Positions 1 to 9,163 of a stretch of DNA of 64,000 nucleotides are shown here, piece by piece (positions within the stretch are counted from its first letter, which is position 1; each line of letters starts with the position of its first letter). Origin of the DNA: an uncultured Clostridia bacterium. Lineage in GTDB: Bacteria; Bacillota; Clostridia; TANB77; CAG-508. The translations under genes were made by a program, and so were the position numbers. The notes beneath the pieces are model-generated. The model was not told where the DNA came from. It ran no database searches and was given only the letters and a program-made list of their open reading frames with translations. The stretch covers positions 39,564 to 103,563 of the forward strand of contig CAJFLB010000001.1 of NCBI GenBank assembly GCA_904387305.1, read 5' to 3'.

Positions 1-1
1 T

Positions 2-2401
2 GTAAACCTAATCTTTGCTAAAGAAGAGGGAGATTTAACAGACAGAAATAATGAAGATATCTGGGGAGATGTCAATGGTATGGCATTCTTTGGAATGTAT
101 AGACTAAACAGAACCACAGGTAATAAAGAATATGATATTTATGCACCAGATTATGCTGGAGGAGCTACAACGAATATGTTTGCAACAGGTACTTACGTAG
201 AGGGAAGACATAAATCAAATCATGATATTACAGTTGATGGATTCTATACAAATGTTGTAAGCGAAGGTTCAACTACAGCTGTACCACAAGTAATAGAAGT
301 AACAGACTATGGAACCTATTATGATTGGATTATAGGAGCCCAAATTGTAAACTATAATACACAAGTTATTGCATCTATATTTGGAACAGAATCAACAGCA
401 GAATTAACATTAGACTTCAATTCATTTGTTGATAACACAACATATAGTGGTACAACATTTAGTATTGATAGAGTTAGTACAAATGCATTAAACACAGATG
501 TTAACTTAATTAATAAATTACAAATACCAATTTATAGTGAAAATGCAAATAACACATTTGGATTCACAATGCAAACATCAGATTCTGGATGGCAGCAATC
601 AGGTGAAACAAATATCTATACAGATGGAGATGGTTCATTTGATGGAGATACCGTATTTAAGACAGACAATTCAGATACACCAGGAAACTTACTATTTAAG
701 ATATTTAGTTCAATAAATATCTCTGAAACAAAAGACTTAGGAAATGTCAATATTGTCTTAACTGGAAAAGTAAAATCAAGTGAAGATGCAAATATGGGTA
801 ATACATTTAAAGTGGTTATTGCAGTAAATCTTCAAACAGAAAAAACTCCAAATATAGAAAATTATATACCAACATTTACAAATAGTAGTAAGACAAAATT
901 GAATTACACAACAGATAGCCAAGTAGATATTACTTATGTGCTATACAAAGAAGTAAATGGTGTACAAACAGACTTCTATGCAGATGGAGATTATAGAGTA
1001 TTATCAACTACAATGCCTTTACCACAAGGTACAGGAATTACCATAAGAGATTATGGACAAGGAGATACAGTTAATAAAGTATATTATTACAGAGTAGCAA
1101 GTGACACAGATTATGATGCAACAGATGATAGTTCTGGAACAACAAGATACTTATATAAGCTTTCTGACTTTGTAGAAATGGGTGGAACAGATACAACTGA
1201 CAAATATGCAGATGATAATAGCCTATATTATCATGAGATTAGTCAAGGTTTAGGATATGCATTGGAAAAATATGATGTTTCAATAGATTTCAAAGATTCT
1301 AACATTAGTGCAGATCAGCTAGCACAAGAAACATATTTAGAATTAAGAGATTCAGAAGGAGCTGTTAAATATGATAATGGAGACACACAAATCGTTTATG
1401 ACTTATATAACAAAAATGCAATTATGACAGAAAACGTTACAACAAATGATGGTAAGACATCATACTCTGTATATGAGAACTTGAGAATACCATTCACATT
1501 TGATGCAAGCATTGTAGAACAAATAGCAGAAGATGGACAAACAATCCAAGATACAAAATATTATGATAAATATACAGGTATGGCAATTGAAATTGTAGAT
1601 GAACATGGAGAAAGAATAAAAGCACCAGATGTACAAAACTTAAGCATAGTAGATGAAACAACATCAACAGTTTATAGAGTAGGAATAGATGGAGTTATCA
1701 GAATTCCACTTTCAGATGGATTATCTACAATACATAATCAATATCAATTGGTATTAAGTCAAAATAGTGTACCAGCAGGTCAATATATTGCAAAAATTTA
1801 CTTCTTTGCATCAGATGACGGATCATATTATGGAGAAGAAGTAAAACAAGAACAAGAAATTTATATAACATTTATTAATAAATTATTAGGACTAGCAGGG
1901 GTAGAATCAAATGATGGAACTAGAATTGTTAATAAAAACACAGGAAAGAATCTTGATGGCAGTGATGGAATAGACTTGACAGTAAAAGTTGGTTCACCTA
2001 CAAACGAGACAAACATTAGAGTAGAATTATATAAACGAAACGAAACATATACAACAGTAGAAGATGAGGAAACAGGTACAAATACTTACACTTATAATGG
2101 AATTAGTTATACGCAAGTTGACTTAAAAGACTATTTGGAAAATCTAGATGGTACAGAATGGAAGACACCAGAAGACTTTGATGGTCAAGGTATGGTAACA
2201 GCAGAAGGATCTAAAGAATATGTAATAATGGAAAAGAAAGAACATGAAATACCAGAAGAAGGAGAAAACATTGAATTAATAGACTTTGAAACAGCAATAA
2301 AAGAAGGCATCAGTACAGGTGAGTATAAGCTAGTATTTAAAGCATATTATCATAATACACTAATACAAACTATCAGAAAATCATTTATCGTAACACCTTA
2401 G
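2..2401 (+). CDS. C-terminal part of a large acidic, Thr/Asp/Asn-rich extracellular-type protein (putative adhesin/fibre tip); 5' end lies outside the window
   Basis: Frame is open from position 2 through the ORF-track start at 80; composition suggests beta-rich secreted domains; heads the SipW cluster. Function is inferred. Confidence 0.6.
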   Translation, partial: VNLIFAKEEGDLTDRNNEDIWGDVNGMAFFGMYRLNRTTGNKEYDIYAPDYAGGATTNMFATGTYVEGRHKSNHDITVDGFYTNVVSEGSTTAVPQVIEVTDYGTYYDWIIGAQIVNYNTQVIASIFGTESTAELTLDFNSFVDNTTYSGTTFSIDRVSTNALNTDVNLINKLQIPIYSENANNTFGFTMQTSDSGWQQSGETNIYTDGDGSFDGDTVFKTDNSDTPGNLLFKIFSSINISETKDLGNVNIVLTGKVKSSEDANMGNTFKVVIAVNLQTEKTPNIENYIPTFTNSSKTKLNYTTDSQVDITYVLYKEVNGVQTDFYADGDYRVLSTTMPLPQGTGITIRDYGQGDTVNKVYYYRVASDTDYDATDDSSGTTRYLYKLSDFVEMGGTDTTDKYADDNSLYYHEISQGLGYALEKYDVSIDFKDSNISADQLAQETYLELRDSEGAVKYDNGDTQIVYDLYNKNAIMTENVTTNDGKTSYSVYENLRIPFTFDASIVEQIAEDGQTIQDTKYYDKYTGMAIEIVDEHGERIKAPDVQNLSIVDETTSTVYRVGIDGVIRIPLSDGLSTIHNQYQLVLSQNSVPAGQYIAKIYFFASDDGSYYGEEVKQEQEIYITFINKLLGLAGVESNDGTRIVNKNTGKNLDGSDGIDLTVKVGSPTNETNIRVELYKRNETYTTVEDEETGTNTYTYNGISYTQVDLKDYLENLDGTEWKTPEDFDGQGMVTAEGSKEYVIMEKKEHEIPEEGENIELIDFETAIKEGISTGEYKLVFKAYYHNTLIQTIRKSFIVTP

Positions 2402-2513
2402 GGGACATTGGGACCATTGGGACCAGATCCGTTTGGTCCCAAATGTGTCCGATTGGGGACGTTTCTGTTTGGGACATTTTGTCCCAATTGGGAACGTTTC
2501 CATTTGGACATTT
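2401..2513. repeat. REP cluster (family A TTGGGACCAGRTCCGTTTGGTCCC plus family B TTGGGGACGTTTCTGTTTGGGACATTT)
   Basis: GC-rich palindromic units starting at the TAG of the upstream gene; both units recur throughout the window. Confidence 0.85.
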
Positions 2514-2526
2514 TGAACATAGATAC

Positions 2527-2756
2527 TGTTTAAATCAATATTTAGAAAATTGGGCTGAGGGTTAGTATTTTTTTCATTATTTCCTCGGCTAGCTATATAG
2601 ACTACAAATTCTATTATTTGAATACATGAGCCTCTCGCTGTTCGCGCTTCCTCATGTATTCAAATCCAAGAATTTGTACGTCAATTCCGCGTCGCATTCG
2701 TCAATGAATTCAAAAATACTAAGCCTCAGCCCAATTAAAAATATTGAAAATAAACA
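2527..2756 (+). repeat. Long structured hairpin element, family D copy 1
   Basis: Nested inverted repeats (AATTGGGCTGAGG..CCTCAGCCCAATT; ATTTGAATACATGAG..CTCATGTATTCAAAT); motifs TTCCTC, GAGCCTCTCGCT, CGCTTCCTCA and CATTCGTCA shared with 17717 and 45290. Confidence 0.8.
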
Positions 2757-2793
2757 ATATTTCGACAAAAGCTAAAACAAGAAAGGATAAGAT

Positions 2794-3670
2794 ATGGAAA
2801 GAAAACATGCAAGAATAAGAAAAGAAAAAAGAATAAAAAGAATAATGCTACTGTTTATTATAATCGTAATAGTTATCACATGTTCTGTATTTGGTAGATA
2901 TATATATTATCAAGCAAGAGAAGCTTATTTTACTTCAAAAGCATTTTATTTTACAAGTGACTTATTGACTCTTGATAATGCAACTTACCAATATGAAAAT
3001 TGGGGTGGTGTAGATAACTATGAAATCAACTTTGATTTGTACAGTTATCAAAATACATTATTGAGATTAGATTATGATTTAGAGTATACACTTTCGTGTG
3101 AAACGCCAGATTCAGATAAAGTAACTTTACGGTATTAATGAAGAAGGCGGACCAACAGAAACTACAGGCATCATATATGCAAAAGAGGGAGATACTCCAA
3201 ATAATGTTAGTAGAATAAAAATTGTGGTAACACCAAAAACACAAATAGAACAAGATGATATTATTACAATTAAAATAAAAGCAAGTACACAAGAACCATA
3301 TCAAAAAGAAATTTCTTGTGAGATTTCATTAAGAATACAAAGAGTTTTAGCAAATAGCTATGAAATAGAGGATGTTGCAAATAGAAATTATTTCATATTA
3401 AAAATGATAAATACACATGATACAGCAGGAAATGTTTCATTACAGTTTGATCCAAATGTGGTAAGAATAGATTTAAATGATGAGGCTTATATAAATAGAG
3501 TAGAAAACACAGAAGAAGTAAATAGTGATGGATATGTGGAAAAGTTTACTTTTACAATGGATAAAGAATCTGCTCAAAATATTAAATTTTATAAAGTAGA
3601 TATGTCTCAAGATTACACTTATCCTTCAAGTGATGAAGAATGTATTATCTCAGTAAATGCTGAAGAATGA
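2794..3670 (+). CDS. SipW-class signal peptide protein (fibre subunit-like), about 291 aa if read through a +1 frameshift at CGG 3130-3132
   Basis: Basic then hydrophobic N-terminus ending SVFGRY; frame 1 stops 2 codons after CGG; the +1 frame from GGT at 3131 is open and continuous with ORF 3224..3670. Confidence 0.7.
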
Positions 3671-3684
3671 GTTGTGTGATTTTT

Positions 3685-3760
3685 GGAGCCATTGGGACCA
3701 TTGGGACCAGGTCCGTTTGGCCCCGTTTGGGGACCAGGTCCGTTTGGACCCATTGGGTTC
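3685..3760. repeat. REP family A array downstream of RAYT
   Basis: Two GGGACCAGGTCCGTTTGG units plus CCATTGGGA sub-repeats. Confidence 0.85.
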
Positions 3761-3854
3761 AGATAAGTTATATAGAGGAATGAAGCAGGCTTTAAAACGT
3801 TATAAATATAAACAGAGAAAATGTTCAAAAGAGTATATAGAAAAAAGCCTGCTA

Positions 3855-4631
3855 TTATTCATTTTTTAGTATTTTTTGTATTATTTTCTTATTAATTCCT
3901 AATACTCTTGATATTTGAGATTTTGAAGTTCCTTTTATAATTCCTAATTTCTTCAATTGTTCATTTCTCAACTTTTTATCATATGTACGAATTTCTCTCA
4001 CATTTGTTATATTTAAAATTTTTTCAATTTTTTCTTTTACTTGAGCATCTGTAAGTTTAGAAACAAGTTCATATTCAAATTCATCATTTATTTGAGATTC
4101 ATTATGATGATGATATATGATAAAATTTTCTAGAGATTCTTTTTTTGTTTGACCAAACATTGACAAAATAGGCTTTGGATTTATAATCTTAGCCTTAGAA
4201 ATAAATTCATGATAGCTACTCCATTTATATTCTTCAGTTTTTGCTATCTTTGCTTTTAATGGATTTTGATGGATATACCTACATAGTCGATATAAATAAT
4301 TTTGAGTTTCTACAGTTTTACTTAAAAATCTATTTTGAAATAAATGACCATTCTTTTCGTATTTCTTACTAAAATATAATGAATATGATATTGATAAACT
4401 TTGCATTATTTTTGATAAAACATTTTTATCATCATAAATTATTAGATGTACATGATTTGTCATTAAGCAATATTCATATATTTCATATGAATATTTTTTT
4501 TGGACTGTCTGAATTATTTTTAAAAATTTTATATAATCTTGATCTTCATAAAATATATCTTGCTTATCATTTCCTCTTAAAATAACATGATATATTTTTG
4601 TTATACTGATTTGTCTTGCTTTACGGGACAT
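3855..4631 (-). mobile_element. rayT: REP-associated tyrosine transposase (RAYT, Y1_Tnp/IS200-like HUH) with C-terminal helix-turn-helix
   Basis: Motifs YHVILRG, YCLMTNHVHLI (HUH), GHLFQNRF, RYIHQNP (catalytic Tyr), YKWSSY; HTH-like tail SKSQISRVLGI; likely ATG at 4631 with RBS AAGGAG; flanked by inverted REP arrays. Confidence 0.88.
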
Positions 4632-4734
4632 TATCATCACTCCTTGTATATTTTGTATATTTGCCCCTAAAACATAGATAGTATATCATACTTTTATATA
4701 TTTTACTATATTTTTTAATAAATTGATTCAGAAA

Positions 4735-4861
4735 GGACCAAACGGGACCAAACGGACCTGGTCCCAACGGACCCGACCAAAGCAAACGGGACCAAACGGA
4801 CCTGGTCCCAACGGACCCGACCAAAGCAAACGGGACCAAACGGACCTGGTCCCAATGGACC
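4735..4861. repeat. REP family A array upstream of RAYT: about three tandem 44-bp units, inverted relative to 3685-3760
   Basis: AAACGGGACCAAACGGACCTGGTCCCAA starts at 4740, 4784 and 4828. Confidence 0.9.
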
Positions 4862-4970
4862 TAAAAATATATATAATTTTTATGCATAAAAGTATAGACT
4901 TTAAAAAAAAGTTATGGTATAAAATATAGTAGAAAAGTATAAAAAAATGTAGAAAAGAGGGAGGAAAAAA

Positions 4971-5411
4971 ATGAGAAAAACACGAAAAGGTAAAAAAATA
5001 ATAGGAATGATATTAATAGCCATTATAGTGCTTATAATTGTGGTGGTTGCAATTGTTATGATTGTTAGAAATGCAAATAAAGATTCTGACACAACAGAAC
5101 AACCACAACAAACTGCTATTCCATTACCAGATACTACGTATAACAGTATGGAAGTAACAGATGTATCTATGGAATATTTAGATGACCAAGATCAAACAAT
5201 GGTATCTATGTCTATATTAAATACGACACAAAATGCGGTAGAAAACGAAAGTTTAAATGCCATTTTAGTTGGTGCTGATGGAGAGGTATTAGGACAAATG
5301 CAAACATGGATTCAAAGTTTAGGTGTTGGTGAACAATATGATATTAGTGTCATATTAAATGGTAATTTAACAGGTACACAATCAATACAATTACAACCAG
5401 TAAACGATTAA
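4971..5411 (+). CDS. Membrane-anchored protein with small Ig-like (FxLYD-like) domain
   Basis: RBS GGAGG; N-terminal TM helix; pattern AILVGADGEVLG...SLGVGEQY resembles FxLYD domains. Confidence 0.55.
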   Translation: MRKTRKGKKIIGMILIAIIVLIIVVVAIVMIVRNANKDSDTTEQPQQTAIPLPDTTYNSMEVTDVSMEYLDDQDQTMVSMSILNTTQNAVENESLNAILVGADGEVLGQMQTWIQSLGVGEQYDISVILNGNLTGTQSIQLQPVND

Positions 5412-5473
5412 AAAGTGGTTTATAGGTGAAACCAAATGAAAAACCTAAATATATAATGCAAGGAAGATAAAAA

Positions 5474-6322
5474 ATGAAAAAAGTACTAGGAACTATATTA
5501 TTTGTAGTATATGCTATTATTGCAATTACAGTAACCGTTTTATTATTATCATATAATGATTATAATAATAGTCAAATAGGTGGATATACAATTTATATAG
5601 TCGCAGATGATTCATTAGAGCCAACATATAAACAAGGTTCTATACTATTAATTAAAGAAACAAATGACAGAAATGTACAAGTTGGAGACGAAATATTCAT
5701 GTATAAAGTATTAAATAGTTCAGAATATGAAGTTATCAGTACAACTTTACAAGGAAAAACACAACAAGGATCACATACAGTATATATTGTAGATAATGAA
5801 GAACGTTATGCAAGTGAATACTTTATTGGAAAAGTAGAAGATACAATTGTTATAGAAGGCTGGGGATACATATTAGGTCTATTAGAATCTAGATGGGGAT
5901 ATTTATTCTGTATCGTAGTAGTATCATTATTACTATTCCTACAAGAAGCATTTGAATTAGTTATGGAAATTAAATATCTTAACAAACTAAAGAAAAAACA
6001 GGCAATAGAAGTTGAGACTGAAGATGATGAAGAATATGAATATGAAGATGACGATGAGGATGAAGAGGAAGAAGAAGAGGAAAGAGTTGTAAAAGCAAAA
6101 CCTGCTAGAACGACAAAAAAAACGAGCACAAAAACTGCTACAAAGCCAAGTGCAAGTTCAAAAACTAGTTCAACCAAAAAAGCAGGTACAACAAGAAAAA
6201 CAGGTTCAACAACAAAAAGTGCGGCAACAAGAACAAGTACAACAAAAGCAGGTACAACAAGGAAGACAGCAACAGCGACAAGTAAAATAAGAGCCACAAA
6301 ATCATCAAAAGAGGAAAAATAA
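5474..6322 (+). CDS. Degenerate SipW-like (S26) signal peptidase with acidic tract and Lys/Thr/Ser-rich tail
   Basis: TM, then YIVADDSLEP and VQVGDEI boxes, then TM; the catalytic His box (THRI) is not recognisable. Confidence 0.7.
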   Translation: MKKVLGTILFVVYAIIAITVTVLLLSYNDYNNSQIGGYTIYIVADDSLEPTYKQGSILLIKETNDRNVQVGDEIFMYKVLNSSEYEVISTTLQGKTQQGSHTVYIVDNEERYASEYFIGKVEDTIVIEGWGYILGLLESRWGYLFCIVVVSLLLFLQEAFELVMEIKYLNKLKKKQAIEVETEDDEEYEYEDDDEDEEEEEEERVVKAKPARTTKKTSTKTATKPSASSKTSSTKKAGTTRKTGSTTKSAATRTSTTKAGTTRKTATATSKIRATKSSKEEK

Positions 6323-6964
6323 ATGAAAAAATTATTAAGAATTTTAGTATTAATAATGTTAATTATAACCTTATTCCAAATAGCTAACATGTATGCTTTA
6401 TATAAAGATCAACTAGAGGGAGATTATGAAAGTTTATTAGGTGTATGGTCCATTAAAGTAAATGAAACAGACATATCTTCAGGGGATGAAAATTTGACTT
6501 TTAACATGACAGAAGACAATCTTACATATGTGGATTCTGAACATGTTAAAAGCCAAAAAATGGCTCCAGGGACACAAGCATATTTTGAGATTATTATAGA
6601 TCCGACAAATACAGATGTATCAATTTTATATACATTAAATATAAAATTAGATGAAGTAACAGAAGCAAAATTAAAATTAGTGAATGTAGAAAATTATTTT
6701 CAAAAGCCTGGAGAAACAGAGCAAGTTACAAATGAAGATGTATATACAACAAATGAAACCAATGAGCATGAGGCTATTATTCCTATTGCAACAATAAATG
6801 ACAAATATTTAAATCATATTCGATTATATTTTGAATGGGAAAATGTAGAAGAAAATAATGAAGCTGATTCAGAATTGGGACAAACAGAAAATGCAAAGAT
6901 AAACATTCCATTAGAAATTAATTTAAAACAATATACGGGAGAAGTGATAGGCAATGAACCATAA
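6323..6964 (+). CDS. TasA/CalY-like SipW-class secreted subunit
   Basis: Signal ending NMYALY; WSIKVN, MAPGTQAYFEIIID and FEW...DSELG motifs shared with paralogs. Confidence 0.7.
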   Translation: MKKLLRILVLIMLIITLFQIANMYALYKDQLEGDYESLLGVWSIKVNETDISSGDENLTFNMTEDNLTYVDSEHVKSQKMAPGTQAYFEIIIDPTNTDVSILYTLNIKLDEVTEAKLKLVNVENYFQKPGETEQVTNEDVYTTNETNEHEAIIPIATINDKYLNHIRLYFEWENVEENNEADSELGQTENAKINIPLEINLKQYTGEVIGNEP

Positions 6965-7478
6965 AGAAATATTAAAAATTATTAAAAAAGTGATTGTAGA
7001 CCTAATAATTTTTGTATTGAGTATCATTGCTATTCTTGTCATATGGGGATTTATACAATTAAACATACAAAATAAAGAATATGTAAATATATTTGGATAT
7101 TCTATACTTAGTACAGAAACTGGAAGTATGTCACCAACAATAGAAGTAGGTGATATTATAATCATTAAAATAGGTGATGAAATAAAGGAAAATGATATTA
7201 TAACATACCAACAGGATAATGTACTAATTACACATAGAATAGAAAAAATAGAGGGAGATACTATCATTACAAAAGGAGACTATAACAACATTCAAGATGA
7301 GCCAATAAAAAAAGATCAAGTGATAGGTAAAGCAGTGTGTATTATCAATAATGTGCAAGTTTGGAAACAAGTATTTACAGATATGCATGTTATTATACCA
7401 ATGATTATAACGATAATATTATTTATAGTGATGATTTCATATAAAGAAAAAATAGGTGAGAAAAAAGATGTTGGATAA
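6954..7478 (+). CDS. sipW: Signal peptidase I, SipW/ER-type (S26B)
   Basis: TGSMSP (Ser), GDIII, ITHRI (His), TKGDYN; flanking TM helices. Confidence 0.9.
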   Translation: MNHKEILKIIKKVIVDLIIFVLSIIAILVIWGFIQLNIQNKEYVNIFGYSILSTETGSMSPTIEVGDIIIIKIGDEIKENDIITYQQDNVLITHRIEKIEGDTIITKGDYNNIQDEPIKKDQVIGKAVCIINNVQVWKQVFTDMHVIIPMIITIILFIVMISYKEKIGEKKDVG

Positions 7479-8040
7479 GAAGAAATTGAAAAAAAGTATC
7501 ATCATACTTTTTTTAATAGCAATTATCATAATCGCTATTATTTTTATAAGAAATACATTATCAAGATATGAAACAGTAGCAACATCAGAAAAAGATGTGG
7601 ATGTTGCTTTCTGGATGTTTCATGATGATTTTCAATCAGCAAGTATGATTATAAAAGATATATATCCATCAAATAATTCATTTGATTATTCTTTTTCAGT
7701 ATCAAATTTTGAAGCAGATGAAGATGGAACAATAACCAAAAGAGCAGAAACAGATTTAGAGTATAATTTAAAAATAACAACAACAACCAATTTACCATTA
7801 GAATATGCAATAGAAAAGAACGGAGAAATTTTAACGACACAGCAAAATATATTTACTGATGAGGATGGTACATATTATAGAGAAATCATAATAGAGCCAT
7901 CACAAATGGTAGAAGGAGAAGATTTGACAGATAATTATGTTATTAAAGTAACATTTCCAAAAGAGAATGATACAAATGCAGAATATTCTGATTTGATAGA
8001 ATATATAAAATTAGATATAAATGCAGAACAAATCATATAG
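7468..8040 (+). CDS. TasA/CalY-like SipW-class secreted subunit
   Basis: Signal ending NTLSRY; VAFW and IYP motifs; ATG at 7468 preferred over the ORF-track start at 7456. Confidence 0.7.
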   Translation: MLDKKKLKKSIIILFLIAIIIIAIIFIRNTLSRYETVATSEKDVDVAFWMFHDDFQSASMIIKDIYPSNNSFDYSFSVSNFEADEDGTITKRAETDLEYNLKITTTTNLPLEYAIEKNGEILTTQQNIFTDEDGTYYREIIIEPSQMVEGEDLTDNYVIKVTFPKENDTNAEYSDLIEYIKLDINAEQII

Positions 8041-8050
8041 TAGGACAAAA

Positions 8051-8083
8051 TGGGACCAAACGGACCTGGTCCCAATGGACCCA
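8051..8083. repeat. REP family A copy
   Basis: TGGGACCAAACGGACCTGGTCCCAATGGACCC. Confidence 0.9.
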
Positions 8084-8096
8084 ACAGGAGGTAGAA

Positions 8097-9143
8097 ATGA
8101 ATAACTTAATGGATACATATATAACATATACAGAAAAGAAAATAAAAAAATATATAAAAACAATATTAGACAAACAATATGACGAAAATCTAGTAAGTGA
8201 ATATTTAAAAACATATATTAATGCCAGATATTATAATATTCAAAATACAGACACACCTGCTAGAGCTTTTTACTTAAGAATATTAGAAGAATTAGAATAT
8301 AAAGAAGATATTTTAATGAAAAGATGCGAAGAAGAATCTCAAAACTTAAATGAAAAGCAAGAACAATTAAATAAAATTCACAATTTGAAGGAATTGTTTG
8401 CATATATTTTATTTTTTGATAATGTTAGAAATGTAGAAAATTTTAAGTCGATTGATAATATAAAAGAAATTATCAGTAAAATGATACAAACGGCAAATTC
8501 ATTATTTAAAATAGAAGTTTCACAAAGTGTAGAAAAAAAATTATATGAAGAAATCAAAAAAGATATGATTGAAAAAGAAGTATTTTTAGACAAATTTGAT
8601 ACAGATGAATTTGCTTTACAATTTGAAAATAGTAAAGTCAAGGATGATGTATATTTTGTTACTTTAGAACAAAAAGTGAAAATGCCTATGCAGTATAGTG
8701 AGGCGGCGATAGAGAAAGTATATAATGAAGGAATTGTTGCAGAAGATAAATTGCAAGTAGAATATATATTATTAAGTGTTGTTGTCATTTCAGATATTAT
8801 CAATGGGAATTTTGATGATAAATATATTGCAGAATTTGCAAGTACACTATTTAAAAAGAAACAAAAATTAGATAGTATATTGTCAATTCTAGGAAATCAA
8901 GAATTGCAAGATAAAATACATTTGAATATTATGTATTCTGATTATATAAAAAATCAAAAAAGTATTTTAGCATATACAAAAAAAGGTTACAATTTTACGA
9001 TTACATTAGATAACACAGTAAAAAGTATAGAAGATGTAGAAAAATTAAAAATGTTTAAAATGGTTATTGTACCACAAAAATTATCATTATATAAAGAAAT
9101 AAAAAGCAATAAAGAAATTCTTAATAATGTAATACTAAAATAA
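8097..9143 (+). CDS. Cytoplasmic hypothetical protein; C-terminal half resembles a degenerate EAL-like barrel
   Basis: RBS GGAGG; no signal peptide; KIHLNI...KKGYNFTITLD resembles the EAL LEI...GF.IAIDD region but lacks catalytic residues. Confidence 0.5.
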   Translation: MNNLMDTYITYTEKKIKKYIKTILDKQYDENLVSEYLKTYINARYYNIQNTDTPARAFYLRILEELEYKEDILMKRCEEESQNLNEKQEQLNKIHNLKELFAYILFFDNVRNVENFKSIDNIKEIISKMIQTANSLFKIEVSQSVEKKLYEEIKKDMIEKEVFLDKFDTDEFALQFENSKVKDDVYFVTLEQKVKMPMQYSEAAIEKVYNEGIVAEDKLQVEYILLSVVVISDIINGNFDDKYIAEFASTLFKKKQKLDSILSILGNQELQDKIHLNIMYSDYIKNQKSILAYTKKGYNFTITLDNTVKSIEDVEKLKMFKMVIVPQKLSLYKEIKSNKEILNNVILK

Positions 9144-9163
9144 AGAAACAGGAGAAGGAAAAC

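Noticed and set aside
4740-4861. 44-bp periodic repeats as a CRISPR array
   Set aside because: Intervening sequences are identical rather than unique spacers, there are no cas genes, and the units are REPs flanking a RAYT.
3619-4929. Short ORFs rich in GPNGP/WDHWDQ (3619, 3657, 4621, 4723; also 20315, 28594, 38167, 38202, 62157, 62201, 62369)
   Set aside because: Translations of REP DNA, without RBS or coding-like composition.
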